A DNA stretch of 64,000 nucleotides from Sedimentisphaerales bacterium (GCA_963708075.1 OY970194.1:4736001-4800000); one strand, 5' to 3'; positions 41,934-51,244 are shown, counted from the stretch's first letter. Numbers and translations are program-made. Notes: generated by a model not told the origin, from the letters alone.

Positions 41934-43087
41934 AGCAAAAAAGCCGGGCTGTAAGTCCCTGGGCCACAGGGGGTTACAAGTCTTGTCGTTATCTAACATA
42001 TATTCCTGTAACATTCTGCCCTCCGGGAGCGTCTATTCTGTATGGTCTTACGACCATCGTTCGCCCGGCGAGGCTGTGTGCAGGCAGGCCTGCGGCAGGG
42101 CTCAATCGTAAATCAAAACTCGTAAATCGTAAATCCTAAGTTCCTGGAGGGCTTCCCATGGGTAGCCAAGCACGAGTCGCCGCCAACCGTCGTAACGCCG
42201 CCAAATCCACCGGACCCCGCACGGTGGAGGGCAAAGCCGTCGTGGCCCGGAACGCCGTCAAGCACGGCCTGTGGGCCCGCCAGGCCGTGCTCAGGAACGA
42301 AGATCCGCAGGAATTCGAGCTGCACCGCAGTCGGATGCTCCGGAAGCTGGCTCCGGATGGGCCGGAGGAAGAGGCGATGGCGGAACGCATCGTCGGTTCT
42401 CTGGTGGCGGCTCAAACGGGCCGAACGCATGCAGGATGAGGCCCTCGATTATCTGATCGAGGCGGATCGCGGCAGCGACTGGGTCAAGTGCCGCCGTGAG
42501 AACCGCGATCCATCGGCCAGGGCCGAGCTGAGCTTCGGGCGGGCGGTCGCGCGGGACTTCGCCGAGACAAGGACCCTCGACCGGCTGACAATGCACGAAC
42601 GGCGGATCGAGAGCAGCCTGTACCGGACGATGAAGGAGCTGCGGCAGCTCCGGCGAGAGGAAAAAGGCCAAGACGGGCACAGGGCATCGAGTTCGCACAA
42701 TTTGAGGGATCACGACGGGTGGCAGCGGCAAGCGCAGCCTGCGGAGCTTGCCGATGGTGTTGGGCTGCATCCTGACGCCATCGGCAAGCTGCCGCTTGCC
42801 GCTGCCACCCAGAACTCAACAACCTGGGACAGACCCAACTCGTTTGACGGTGCGGATTCGAAGAGTTCCGGCCATCCGAAAGTCCACGGGCAAACGAGTT
42901 TGCCCGTGCCACCCGGAGGGAGCGATTCCGCGAAACAAAGCCAATTCGGGGAGCCTCAAGGCGACCATCGCCAAGCTGCGCTTGACGCTGCCACCCATAC
43001 CGTCGTAAGCGACTGTGCGAAACAAAGCCAATCGGCGGAAGTCCCAAGTCTGACGTGTGAAGTGTCAAGTGAGGCTGGCCCGGCGGC

Positions 43088-44310
43088 CAGGGCTATCGCA
43101 TCTAAATGCCAAGGACCTTAAGCAGGTAGTCTCGGTCCCAGCCGGCTCGGAGGCGTTTGGCGGCGATGCCGCCCTTGGCCGTCTTCTCCTGCTTGAGCAG
43201 CATCAGGGCGATTCGACGCAATCGCGAGAAGTTCTCGGCGGCGTTGGCCACTCGGACTCGACTGGCGTCCTCATGGAAACTCACGTCCAGCGACCAGTGC
43301 AACTGGACCTCCACGGACCAGTGATGGCGAATCAATGTCCCCAGACGCTGGGCACAGTGTCCCGGATGGGAGCTGATGAAGTAGTGTCGCTTTCGTTCGC
43401 ACTGGCCGTTGACCTGACGCTCTCGCTCGATGGCCGTGAGGCTGCCCAGACCCGGCCAGTCGTGACGCCCTTGCAGCCATCCCACATCGCTGGTAGTCCA
43501 CACCCGCCGGGTTTCCAGTCGTCCATGGCCTTTTTCCACGGTTTCCCAGAAGTCCTGCTCGCCGGCAAACCCGTGGGCGATGCCGTCCTCCATGTACATC
43601 CGGGCATCCTCGTACAGAGTCCCTTGGTTAGCCTTGAGGGCCAGCACATAGTCGCCGCCCTGATCGACGATCTGCTCGGCGATCTCCTTTTGACAACCCA
43701 TGGCGTCAATCGTGATGGTTGCCTCCTCCACGTCGAGCAGCTTGAGCAACTCCGGGATCGCGGTGATCTCATTGCTCTTGGCATCGACCGCCCGTTGGCC
43801 GAAAGCCACGCAGTTCTCGTGGACCCAGGCACTGACCATGTGCAACGGGCCTTTGGCACGGACCCGATCAAAGCTGTTTCGCAGGGTCTTGCCGTCGATG
43901 GCGATGTGCTTGCCCCGGCTGCTGCCGGCCAGATCCGCCACAAACGCCTGCATGACCGCTTCAAACGCATCCGGGTCCAGGGCGGCAAAGACCCGACCAA
44001 AGGTATCATGCGATGGAATGCCATTGGGCAGGTCCAGAAACGTGCCAAACCATTCCTCGTTGACGTTGCCGAACATCTCTACGTCCGTCCAGTGCTCAGC
44101 CCCGCAGATCACGGCACAGACGCCAATGACCAGAATATCCTGTAATTCATGCCGTTTCGTCCGCTCCACGCGAGGATCAGGAACCGCGGCAAAATGATCC
44201 CAAATCGATTTCTTCATCAAAAACGTATTCCTCTCTACTTGAAGTGTCTTGCTTCTGAGAAGAATACGAAACCATGCCTGCAAAGGCTCAATTTAGATGC
44301 GATAGCCCTA
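43088..44310 (-). mobile_element. ISAs1-family insertion sequence (1223 bp)
   Basis: IRs (C/T)AGGGCTATCGCATCTAAAT at 43088-43107 and 44291-44310; 10-bp TSD GCCCGGCGGC at 43078-43087 and 44311-44320. Confidence 0.95.
43102..44217 (-). CDS. ISAs1-family DDE transposase
   Basis: [58 protein letters not shown]. Confidence 0.96.
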   Translation of the reverse strand: MKKSIWDHFAAVPDPRVERTKRHELQDILVIGVCAVICGAEHWTDVEMFGNVNEEWFGTFLDLPNGIPSHDTFGRVFAALDPDAFEAVMQAFVADLAGSSRGKHIAIDGKTLRNSFDRVRAKGPLHMVSAWVHENCVAFGQRAVDAKSNEITAIPELLKLLDVEEATITIDAMGCQKEIAEQIVDQGGDYVLALKANQGTLYEDARMYMEDGIAHGFAGEQDFWETVEKGHGRLETRRVWTTSDVGWLQGRHDWPGLGSLTAIERERQVNGQCERKRHYFISSHPGHCAQRLGTLIRHHWSVEVQLHWSLDVSFHEDASRVRVANAAENFSRLRRIALMLLKQEKTAKGGIAAKRLRAGWDRDYLLKVLGI

Positions 44311-44572
44311 GCCCGGCGGCCGAGGACAAACCAACGTGCGAAACAAAGCCAATGGAGACGCCTGGGGCCGAGTGTGCGAGACAAAGCCAATCTGTGACGG
44401 CGGAAGGTGGGCACTGCCCACCCTACAAAACGGATCGTGCGAAACAAAGCCAATGCCGCAAGCCGGCCGCGGGCGCTGGGGCCATGCTGCGGCCACGGCC
44501 GCGGGTCGCATACCACTGCCACGACATCGCCCGCTCGTACTGATCGACGGGAAAGACCGGCAACGCGGCTCG

Positions 44573-44947
44573 AATCCGCCACCGAAGGCCAACCCCACCC
44601 CATTCCCCGGGTATGGTCGGAATTCGGTGGCGGCGTGTAGCCGCCGTGTGCGGACTGCGCCTCTTTCGTCCCTTACGGGACTGGCTTTTGTCCTCGGCCC
44701 CGGTTCCCCAGCGATCAATCGCTGGGCTATTCTCTGTCGCCCTCCGGGCTTGGACTTGGCTCCAGTCCTCTTGCGTCGGCCCGTCCGCCCCACGGGGGCG
44801 ATCGACACTAGCCCACCGTTTCAACGGTGGGTACGATAGTCAATCCTATCTCAAAGCCCCGTAGGGGCGAAAGAAGACTGGGCTGCGCTCTTGTGTCGGG
44901 TGGAATCCAAATCCGCCACCGAAGGCCGACCTCACCCTGTTCCCCGG
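44573..44947. repeat. REP-like cluster bracketed by ~38-bp imperfect direct repeats
   Basis: AATCCGCCACCGAAGGCC..CACCC..TTCCCCGG at 44573-44610 and 44910-44947; internal palindromes CCCAGCGAT.AATCGCTGGG and CCCACCGTT..AACGGTGGG. Confidence 0.75.
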
Positions 44948-44964
44948 CGGGCGGGGGTTCTTTC

Positions 44965-44993
44965 TTGACAAAGGGGTCCTGGTTGGCTATTAT
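44965..44993 (+). promoter_or_regulatory. sigma70 promoter
   Basis: TTGACA-17-TATTAT. Confidence 0.7.
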
Positions 44994-45149
44994 CCCGCCA
45001 TTCACGAACCTGGTGAATTGCAGGAGCGTCCTGCGAACCCCAAGGCTGGTGGCAGAGTTCTGTCCGGACGGGTGTCCACGGCATCCGCAGAATCACCTGT
45101 CGGTTCAGGGGAAATCCGTGCCGGGTGAAGGACCGCGAAGACTGTGATA

Positions 45150-46454
45150 ATGGAAGTGAAACCCTTCAAGGCGTTCCGATACAACCCGCAGGTCGTCGGG
45201 GACGTGGGCCGGTGCATCGCGCCGCCTTACGACGTCATCAGCGACGACGAGCAGGAGCGGCTCCACAATCGGAGCAAGTACAACGTCGCCTACATCACGA
45301 GGGGCAAGACCAGCCCCGCCGACAACGGCCGGCACAACGTCTATACTCGGGCCGCGGAATACCTCCAGAAGTGGATCTCCGAGGGTGCCCTGAAACAGGA
45401 CGACAAGGACACGATCTACGGCTATGTCCAGGACTTCGAGCTCAACGGCATGGCTTTTCAGCGGCTGACCTTTATCGCGTTGGGCAAGCTCGAAGACTTC
45501 GGCAAGACAGTCCGGCCGCACGAGCAGGTGTTCGAAAAACCCATGCTCGACAGACTGAACCTGGAACGAGCGACGGACGCCAAGTTCGGCCTGGTCTTCA
45601 TGCTGTACGAGGACCCGCAAGGCGTCGCCGACAGGATCATCGAGAAGGCCGCCACGCAAAAGCCGCTCGTGGATTTCGTGGACGATCAGGTGAGGCACCG
45701 GCTCTTCGCCATCACCGCCACCAGGGAGGTCGAAGCCGTCACGAAGATGATGGCCGAGAAAAGCTGCATCATCGCCGACGGCCACCATCGCTACACCACC
45801 GGCCTCAAGTACATGCGGGAGTCGGGCAACCCCGCTGCCAGGTACCAGATGCTGGCCTTCACGAACACCCGGCAGAAAGGCCTCGTGGTCCTGGCCACTC
45901 ACCGCCTCGTCGGGGGAATCGCAGAGTTCAAACCGCCCGAGTTCCTCGCACGGCTGCAGGACAACTTCCGGCTGATACGGTTCGAGTTCTCCAGCGACAC
46001 GAAGGAACAGGCCAAGCAGGACATGCTGGCCCGGATGCGGAGCCTGCACGAGCAGGACAAGACCGCGTTCGGGATTTACATGGGCGACAAGGCCTTCTAC
46101 GTGGCGACCCTGAAGGATAGAACCGCCATGGACGCGGTCGCCCCGAATATGAGCGAGGCATGGCGGGCCCTCGATGTCTCCGTGCTCCAGAAGCTTGTCC
46201 TGGAGGGATTGCTGGGCCTCGATGAGCAGAAGATGGGCAACCCTGAGCACGTGGAATACGTGAAGGACATCCCCAACGCCGTCGATGAGTTGATCGCCCG
46301 GATCGACGCCGGCCGCAAGCAGATCGCCTTCTTCACCAACCCGGTGAAGATGCAGCAATTGTCGAAGGTCACGGACGCGGGAGAACGTATGCCTCACAAA
46401 TCGACATACTTTTTTCCGAAGATGTATACAGGACTCACGATTCAGAAGCTCTAA
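45150..46454 (+). CDS. DUF1015 family protein
   Basis: PPYDVI, PHE, IADGHHRY, HRL, MPHKSTYFFPK. Confidence 0.92.
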   Translation: MEVKPFKAFRYNPQVVGDVGRCIAPPYDVISDDEQERLHNRSKYNVAYITRGKTSPADNGRHNVYTRAAEYLQKWISEGALKQDDKDTIYGYVQDFELNGMAFQRLTFIALGKLEDFGKTVRPHEQVFEKPMLDRLNLERATDAKFGLVFMLYEDPQGVADRIIEKAATQKPLVDFVDDQVRHRLFAITATREVEAVTKMMAEKSCIIADGHHRYTTGLKYMRESGNPAARYQMLAFTNTRQKGLVVLATHRLVGGIAEFKPPEFLARLQDNFRLIRFEFSSDTKEQAKQDMLARMRSLHEQDKTAFGIYMGDKAFYVATLKDRTAMDAVAPNMSEAWRALDVSVLQKLVLEGLLGLDEQKMGNPEHVEYVKDIPNAVDELIARIDAGRKQIAFFTNPVKMQQLSKVTDAGERMPHKSTYFFPKMYTGLTIQKL

Positions 46455-46475
46455 CCGCATTATCGGAGTGCACAA

Positions 46476-47564
46476 ATGGCAGATTGGAGAAACCCGCCCC
46501 GGCTGTTTATCCCCGGGCCCATCCAGGTCAAAGACGACGTGCTGAAGGAGTTGGCCCGGCCGACGCTCGGGCATCGTGACAAGGAGTACGCACAACTGCA
46601 CGGTGAAGTCGTCGATATGCTCAAGAAGCTGCTCTTCACCGATCAGTATATCTTCCTCTCCACTTCCAGCGGCTCGGGACTGTGGGAGGCCTCCGTCCGC
46701 AACTGCGTCGCTCCCAGTGAGCTGGTCCTGGCCACGTGCTGCGGTGCGTTCAGTGATAAGTGGGCGGACGTGGTGAAGGACTGCGGCCGCAACGTCGAGA
46801 CGCTCAAGGTCGAGTGGGGCCAGGCTACCACGCCGGAACTGATCGACGCCAAGCTCGCCGGCGGCAAGTACGCGGCGATCACGCTGATCTACAACGAGAC
46901 GAGCACGGGCCTGATGAACCCGATCTACGACATCAGCAAGATGATGAAGGCCAAGTACCCGGATGTGCTGGTCTTCGTGGACGCCGTCAGCGGCATGATC
47001 GGCCAGCCGATCCACTTCGACGAACTCGGCTGGGACGTCGTGTTCGCCTCCGTGCAGAAGGCGTTCGGCCTGCCGCCGGGATTCACCGTCGCCGCCGTCA
47101 GCAAGCGGGCCGTCGAGAAGGCCAAGAGCGTGCCCGCCAAGGGCTACTACTTCAATTTCATCGAGTGGGCCAAGGCCGCCGAGAAGAGCCAGACCCTCGT
47201 GACGCCCAGCATCCCGCACATCATGGGCCTGCACTACCAATGCACGAAGTTCGTCAATGAGGGCATCGAGAACGTCTGGGCGCGTCATAAGAAGATGGGC
47301 GATTTCTGCCGCGGCTGGGCCAAGCAGAAGTTCGACCTGTTCTGCGAAGAGCGATACGCGTCCAACACGCTCACGACGATCAAGAACACCCGCGGCATCA
47401 ACGTCGGCGAGGTAATCGCGGCCGTCAAGAAGAAGCACAACACGATCTTCAGCGCCGGCTACGGCCAGCTCAAGGACAAGACGTTCCGCATCGCGCACAT
47501 GGGCGACATCACGCTCGACGAGGTGCGCGAGCTGTGCGGCTGGATCGACGAGGAAATCGGCTGA
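46476..47564 (+). CDS. Class V PLP aminotransferase (alanine/serine-glyoxylate-like)
   Basis: FIPGP, NETSTG, VDAVS, SVQKAFGLPPG, FRIAHMG. Confidence 0.92.
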   Translation: MADWRNPPRLFIPGPIQVKDDVLKELARPTLGHRDKEYAQLHGEVVDMLKKLLFTDQYIFLSTSSGSGLWEASVRNCVAPSELVLATCCGAFSDKWADVVKDCGRNVETLKVEWGQATTPELIDAKLAGGKYAAITLIYNETSTGLMNPIYDISKMMKAKYPDVLVFVDAVSGMIGQPIHFDELGWDVVFASVQKAFGLPPGFTVAAVSKRAVEKAKSVPAKGYYFNFIEWAKAAEKSQTLVTPSIPHIMGLHYQCTKFVNEGIENVWARHKKMGDFCRGWAKQKFDLFCEERYASNTLTTIKNTRGINVGEVIAAVKKKHNTIFSAGYGQLKDKTFRIAHMGDITLDEVRELCGWIDEEIG

Positions 47565-47726
47565 GCCGTCTTTTCCCGACAATTGAATGTGTCAAGCGAC
47601 CCCACTGGCCATCCAACGGGGTCGCTTTCTTTGAGGCGTCGTGCGTCGCCGCTCATCCGGCCATTGCCCCCAACCGCATAAGCCGTATAATGAGAGCCGG
47701 CTGTCTGATTCTTGTGGAAAGGCAAC

Positions 47727-48461
47727 ATGGACTTATCGATCGTTATACCAGCCTTCGAAGAGTGCCGGAAGATCGCGCGGGATGTAGAAGCCGCCGCGGC
47801 GTTCCTGCAGACCAACAGGCTGGCGGGCGAGGTCGTGGTCGTGGACGATGGGAGCTGCGACGGCACGGCGGAGGCGGCGCGGGCCGTCCGCGTTCCACCG
47901 GCCGTCAGGCTCAACGTGATCCACTACGACCAGCACCGGGGCAAGGGCTGCGCCGTCCGGACCGGCATGAACGCCGCCGGCGGCAAGTACGCCATGTTCG
48001 CCGATTGCGGCCTGTGCATTCCGTACAACAACGCCCTCAAGGGGCTGGAGATGCTCAAGAACGGTGCCTGCGACATCGCCCACGGCTCCAGGCGGCACAT
48101 CGCCAGCGATATTCACAGGGCCCAGCCCTGGCATCGGCGCGTCCTGTCACAGGCGTTCAAGTCCACCGTTCGGACGCTTCTGAGAGTCCCCCCGGAACTC
48201 GCCGACACTCAGTGCGGGTTCAAAATGTACAAGGGCGACGTCGCGAGAGAGCTTTACAGGCAATGCACCACTGATGGGTTCATGTTCGACATCGAGATCA
48301 TTCTGCGGGCCATGAAGAGGGGTTATCGCATCGCGGAATTCCCCGTCGAGTGGACCTGCGACCCCGACAGCCGGCTCTCCGTCGCCCGCACGCCCTGGCC
48401 CGTGCTCTCCGAGCTGCGAAGAATCCGACGAGCCATGTCCAACAACAGAAGTGAGATGTAA
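47727..48461 (+). CDS. GT2 dolichyl/polyprenyl-phosphate glycosyltransferase-like
   Basis: LSIVIPA, VVDDGS.DGT, GKG.AVRTG, DTQCGFK, FDIE. Confidence 0.9.
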   Translation: MDLSIVIPAFEECRKIARDVEAAAAFLQTNRLAGEVVVVDDGSCDGTAEAARAVRVPPAVRLNVIHYDQHRGKGCAVRTGMNAAGGKYAMFADCGLCIPYNNALKGLEMLKNGACDIAHGSRRHIASDIHRAQPWHRRVLSQAFKSTVRTLLRVPPELADTQCGFKMYKGDVARELYRQCTTDGFMFDIEIILRAMKRGYRIAEFPVEWTCDPDSRLSVARTPWPVLSELRRIRRAMSNNRSEM

Positions 48462-48532
48462 GATGTTTGATGGTTGATGTAAAGAGTGCTCGCGCCCAAA
48501 TCAAACATCACACTTCACACATCAAACATCAC
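48451..48532. repeat. Inverted heptamer-repeat hairpin between convergent genes
   Basis: (GATGTAA/GATGTTT/GATGGTT)n ... (CAAACAT/CACACTT/CACACAT)n. Confidence 0.7.
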
Positions 48533-49518
48533 ACTTCCAGCTCACCTTGTCTCCAGGCGCCGGAGGAGAGGATTCGCTCGGGCAAGCCAGCCTGGGGATC
48601 GGCCGGTACGATGAGAAGGCTGCGCACGGCGGGGTGATCGATACAGTACGCCTCGACCTCCTCCGGCGTCATCACCATGAAGGCGGTCGAGAGACAATCG
48701 GCACGAGCGGCGTCGGGTGCAATGGACCACGTGGCGATCTTGCGTTCCACAGGCCGGCCGCTGCGGGGATCGATGATATGCGGGCCCTTCTCCAGGCCTG
48801 AGCCGCTCACCGCGATGCGCTCCAGTTGCAGACGGGCGAGCGAGCGGCTGCGATTGCCCGGGTAGCTCAATGTCACCGGCCAGCCGGCAGAACCTTCCGG
48901 GGCATCGAGGGCCAGGACAGAGCTGAAGCCCCCGTGAATCAGCGCCCGGTCGATGCTCCACTCGCGCAGCATCTCGGCCATGCGATCTACGCCGTAACCC
49001 TTACCCACCCCGCCCAGATCGACACGGACGGGACTGCGCGTCAGGGCCACCGCGTGGGTTGGCTCATCGAAAAGGATCAGGTGCATGCCGGTATGTTCGC
49101 GGGCAAACTGCAGCTCCTGCGGCGTGGGCGTGCGCGGGTTCTTCTCCTCATCCCGCCAGCAGTCCACGAGGAATCCCACTGTGACATCGAATGCGCCCCT
49201 GGTTTGGGCCCAGACCTCGGCACTGATTTCCAGGCACTGGAAGGTTTCCAGGCCGAGCGGCAAGGGGTGGCCCGCCGGCAGATTGTTGATTCTCGCAATG
49301 TCGCTGTTCTCAATGAAGCGGCTCAACTCCCCTTCAATCCGGTCGAGCTCATCGAACACCGCATTCGCCGCCTGTTGCGCGTAGAGCTTGTCCTCGTGCT
49401 GGATGATGATCTCGAACGTGGTCGCCATCGCCCGGTGCGGGAAACGATGGATGTTCCGCACGGCGGCCCAATCGGCAACCACCAACGGTTCCTCCGGCTC
49501 TTTCGGTCTACCTGCCAT
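48529..49518 (-). CDS. apbE: FAD:protein FMN transferase (ApbE family), no obvious signal peptide
   Basis: AMAT, LSRF..SDI, GAFDVTVG, DLGGVGKGY.VD, HIIDPRSG, ADCLSTA. Confidence 0.92.
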   Translation of the reverse strand: MAGRPKEPEEPLVVADWAAVRNIHRFPHRAMATTFEIIIQHEDKLYAQQAANAVFDELDRIEGELSRFIENSDIARINNLPAGHPLPLGLETFQCLEISAEVWAQTRGAFDVTVGFLVDCWRDEEKNPRTPTPQELQFAREHTGMHLILFDEPTHAVALTRSPVRVDLGGVGKGYGVDRMAEMLREWSIDRALIHGGFSSVLALDAPEGSAGWPVTLSYPGNRSRSLARLQLERIAVSGSGLEKGPHIIDPRSGRPVERKIATWSIAPDAARADCLSTAFMVMTPEEVEAYCIDHPAVRSLLIVPADPQAGLPERILSSGAWRQGELEV

Positions 49519-51244
49519 ACTTGCCCCCCAGCAACTCGGATGGATTGGACTGCCGGTAGTTGTGCTGCTCCCAGAGGTCCTTTCGCACGAATCCCATGAG
49601 CTTCACCTGGGGCCTGGCCCAGACGTAGTACGGCGGATCGAACAGGTACATGTACATCTGTCGCTTCTCCGACGGCATCTCATCGTAGAGCCTGCGGGCG
49701 AGGGTCCCTTCCAACTTGTCGGAAATGAGGATCAGCGGCCCGAGTTCGCCCGGCTCCGGCACATCAGGGTAATAGCCGACGTGCAAGTCGCGCAGATACC
49801 AGGGCAGCGGCCAGTAGTCCCCGCCCGGCACGATCACCTGGATCGGCAGATCGTCGGAACGCCCCACCCCATCCAGGTCGGCGTACTCCCGGACCTTCTC
49901 GATGGCCAGGAAGATCTCGGACGTCGGATGGGCGTAGACGTACGGGTTACGGCTGTCGGCGTAATAGACAAAGTTCGCCCGATAGGTCTCGAAGCCAAGG
50001 TGCCCCACGGCGACGATCAGCAGCACGGCGGCTGCAAGCTGCATCGCGGGCCTTCGCAGCCATGACAGCAGCGTCACAGCGCCGACACCAGCCAGGAGAA
50101 TCATGCCGTGCAAAAAGCTGAGGGCACACCACGGCGTCTTGTACGGAACGGCCGAGTACGCAACCGTCAACGCGATGGTATAAACGGCGAGGAAGCGCGT
50201 AAGCTTAGGATCGATCGGGCCGACCCGCGAGCCTTTGACCGCCGCTGCAATGCCGACAAGGGCCAGAAGGACAATCCAGCCTTCCGTCCAGATCGGGCCC
50301 TGGTCGTACCGCGAGAGCAGGAGCATCTGCAGGTAGTAGTACCAGGGGTGAACGTGCACCGTGTCGTGCCCGGCGCCACGGCCGAAGTAGGTCGCATAAG
50401 CCAGGTAGGAATCCAGCACTCCCCTCGGATGGCGGAAAAAGGCGGAGTAGAAGAGAGCCGAGACAATCACCGCCGCCGCGACGCCGAGAACCAGATGTGA
50501 CAGCCTGATTCCGGCCGGTGCCTGCCACGGGGTGGCAGCGTCAAGCGCAGCTTGGCGATGGCTGTCCTCGGATACAGGGGGAACCATCGCCAAGGCCTTC
50601 GGCCTTGACGCTGCCACCCGACCGCGTTGCATCAGAAGAACCAGCACGAGGGCCAGACCCATGGCGCCGAAAGCGATGATAGCCGTCTCCTTGGTGGCGT
50701 GCATCAGGCCGGCGAAGACGCCGGTCAGCATCGCCCAAGGCAATCGTCTGGTGCGAGCGTACCGATAGCCGCACGCGATGACGCCAAACGTGAAGCAAAC
50801 GAGCAGCATTTCCTGGATGTAATAGCGGCTGTAGAAGACCATCGCAGGCGACAGCGCAGCCAGCACGGCCGCCACCACCGCCGCCAAGCCCAGGCCATCG
50901 ACGAGCAACACCGCCAGCAGAATCACGATCGCGCCGAACACCACGGGCACGATGCGCACGGTGGATTCGGTGATCTCATTGTATGTGCTCGCAGAACTCA
51001 GCCAGGCGGAGGGCAATGTGAAGTAGTTGAGGGTCGGGCCGTGATATTCCTCGGGGTCGTACGTGTAGATGCCGTTCTCAAGGAGCCCGCGGAAGTTGTA
51101 GGCGTGCACCGCCTCATCCGTATGCATCGGCCGCATACGCAAGCGTGGCGCTCGGAGTCCAAAGGCCCCGAGCGCCACGAGAAAGATCATCAACCAGAAT
51201 AGCCTGAACCTCTTATCGGAGGAGGCCCAATCCAGCCATCTCAT
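49508..51244 (-). CDS. GT-C membrane glycosyltransferase (TIGR03663/Agl23-like)
   Basis: MHTDEAVH, YDP..YHGP, SRYYIQE, ATKET, YKTPW, YVYAH, YWPLPWYLR. Confidence 0.88.
   Translation of the reverse strand: MRWLDWASSDKRFRLFWLMIFLVALGAFGLRAPRLRMRPMHTDEAVHAYNFRGLLENGIYTYDPEEYHGPTLNYFTLPSAWLSSASTYNEITESTVRIVPVVFGAIVILLAVLLVDGLGLAAVVAAVLAALSPAMVFYSRYYIQEMLLVCFTFGVIACGYRYARTRRLPWAMLTGVFAGLMHATKETAIIAFGAMGLALVLVLLMQRGRVAASRPKALAMVPPVSEDSHRQAALDAATPWQAPAGIRLSHLVLGVAAAVIVSALFYSAFFRHPRGVLDSYLAYATYFGRGAGHDTVHVHPWYYYLQMLLLSRYDQGPIWTEGWIVLLALVGIAAAVKGSRVGPIDPKLTRFLAVYTIALTVAYSAVPYKTPWCALSFLHGMILLAGVGAVTLLSWLRRPAMQLAAAVLLIVAVGHLGFETYRANFVYYADSRNPYVYAHPTSEIFLAIEKVREYADLDGVGRSDDLPIQVIVPGGDYWPLPWYLRDLHVGYYPDVPEPGELGPLILISDKLEGTLARRLYDEMPSEKRQMYMYLFDPPYYVWARPQVKLMGFVRKDLWEQHNYRQSNPSELLGGKYGR
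50530..50619. repeat. 90-bp REP-like palindrome inserted in frame in a CDS
   Basis: GGGTGGCAGCGTCAAG...CTTGACGCTGCCACCC; homologous to intergenic copies at 32248 and 57005. Confidence 0.9.

Larger units (their letters stand above)
42930..44454 (+). repeat. Five 16-bp direct repeats GCGA(A/G)ACAAAGCCAAT
   Basis: Copies at 42930, 43017, 44338, 44376 and 44439; spacers of 71, 72 (IS removed), 22 and 47 nt. Confidence 0.85.
42158..44543 (+). pseudogene. 'ANRRNA.KSTGPRT.EG..N..KHG' family protein with repeat-array C-terminus; frameshift near 42397 and interrupted by ISAs1
   Basis: GGAGG RBS. The N-terminal frame joins the WWRLKRA..ERRIESSLYRTM.EL frame. After the IS and one TSD are removed, the frame continues to the TGA ending at 44543. 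Confidence 0.75.

Noticed and set aside
41991..42018. dif/Xer site
   Set aside because: One arm resembles the XerD box (ATATGTTAGAT on the minus strand), but there is no XerC-like arm at 6-bp spacing.
42930..44454. Canonical CRISPR array
   Set aside because: The repeats are only 16-18 bp and non-palindromic, the spacers range from 22 to 72 nt, the array lies inside a reading frame and there are no cas genes nearby. Kept as a non-CRISPR finding.
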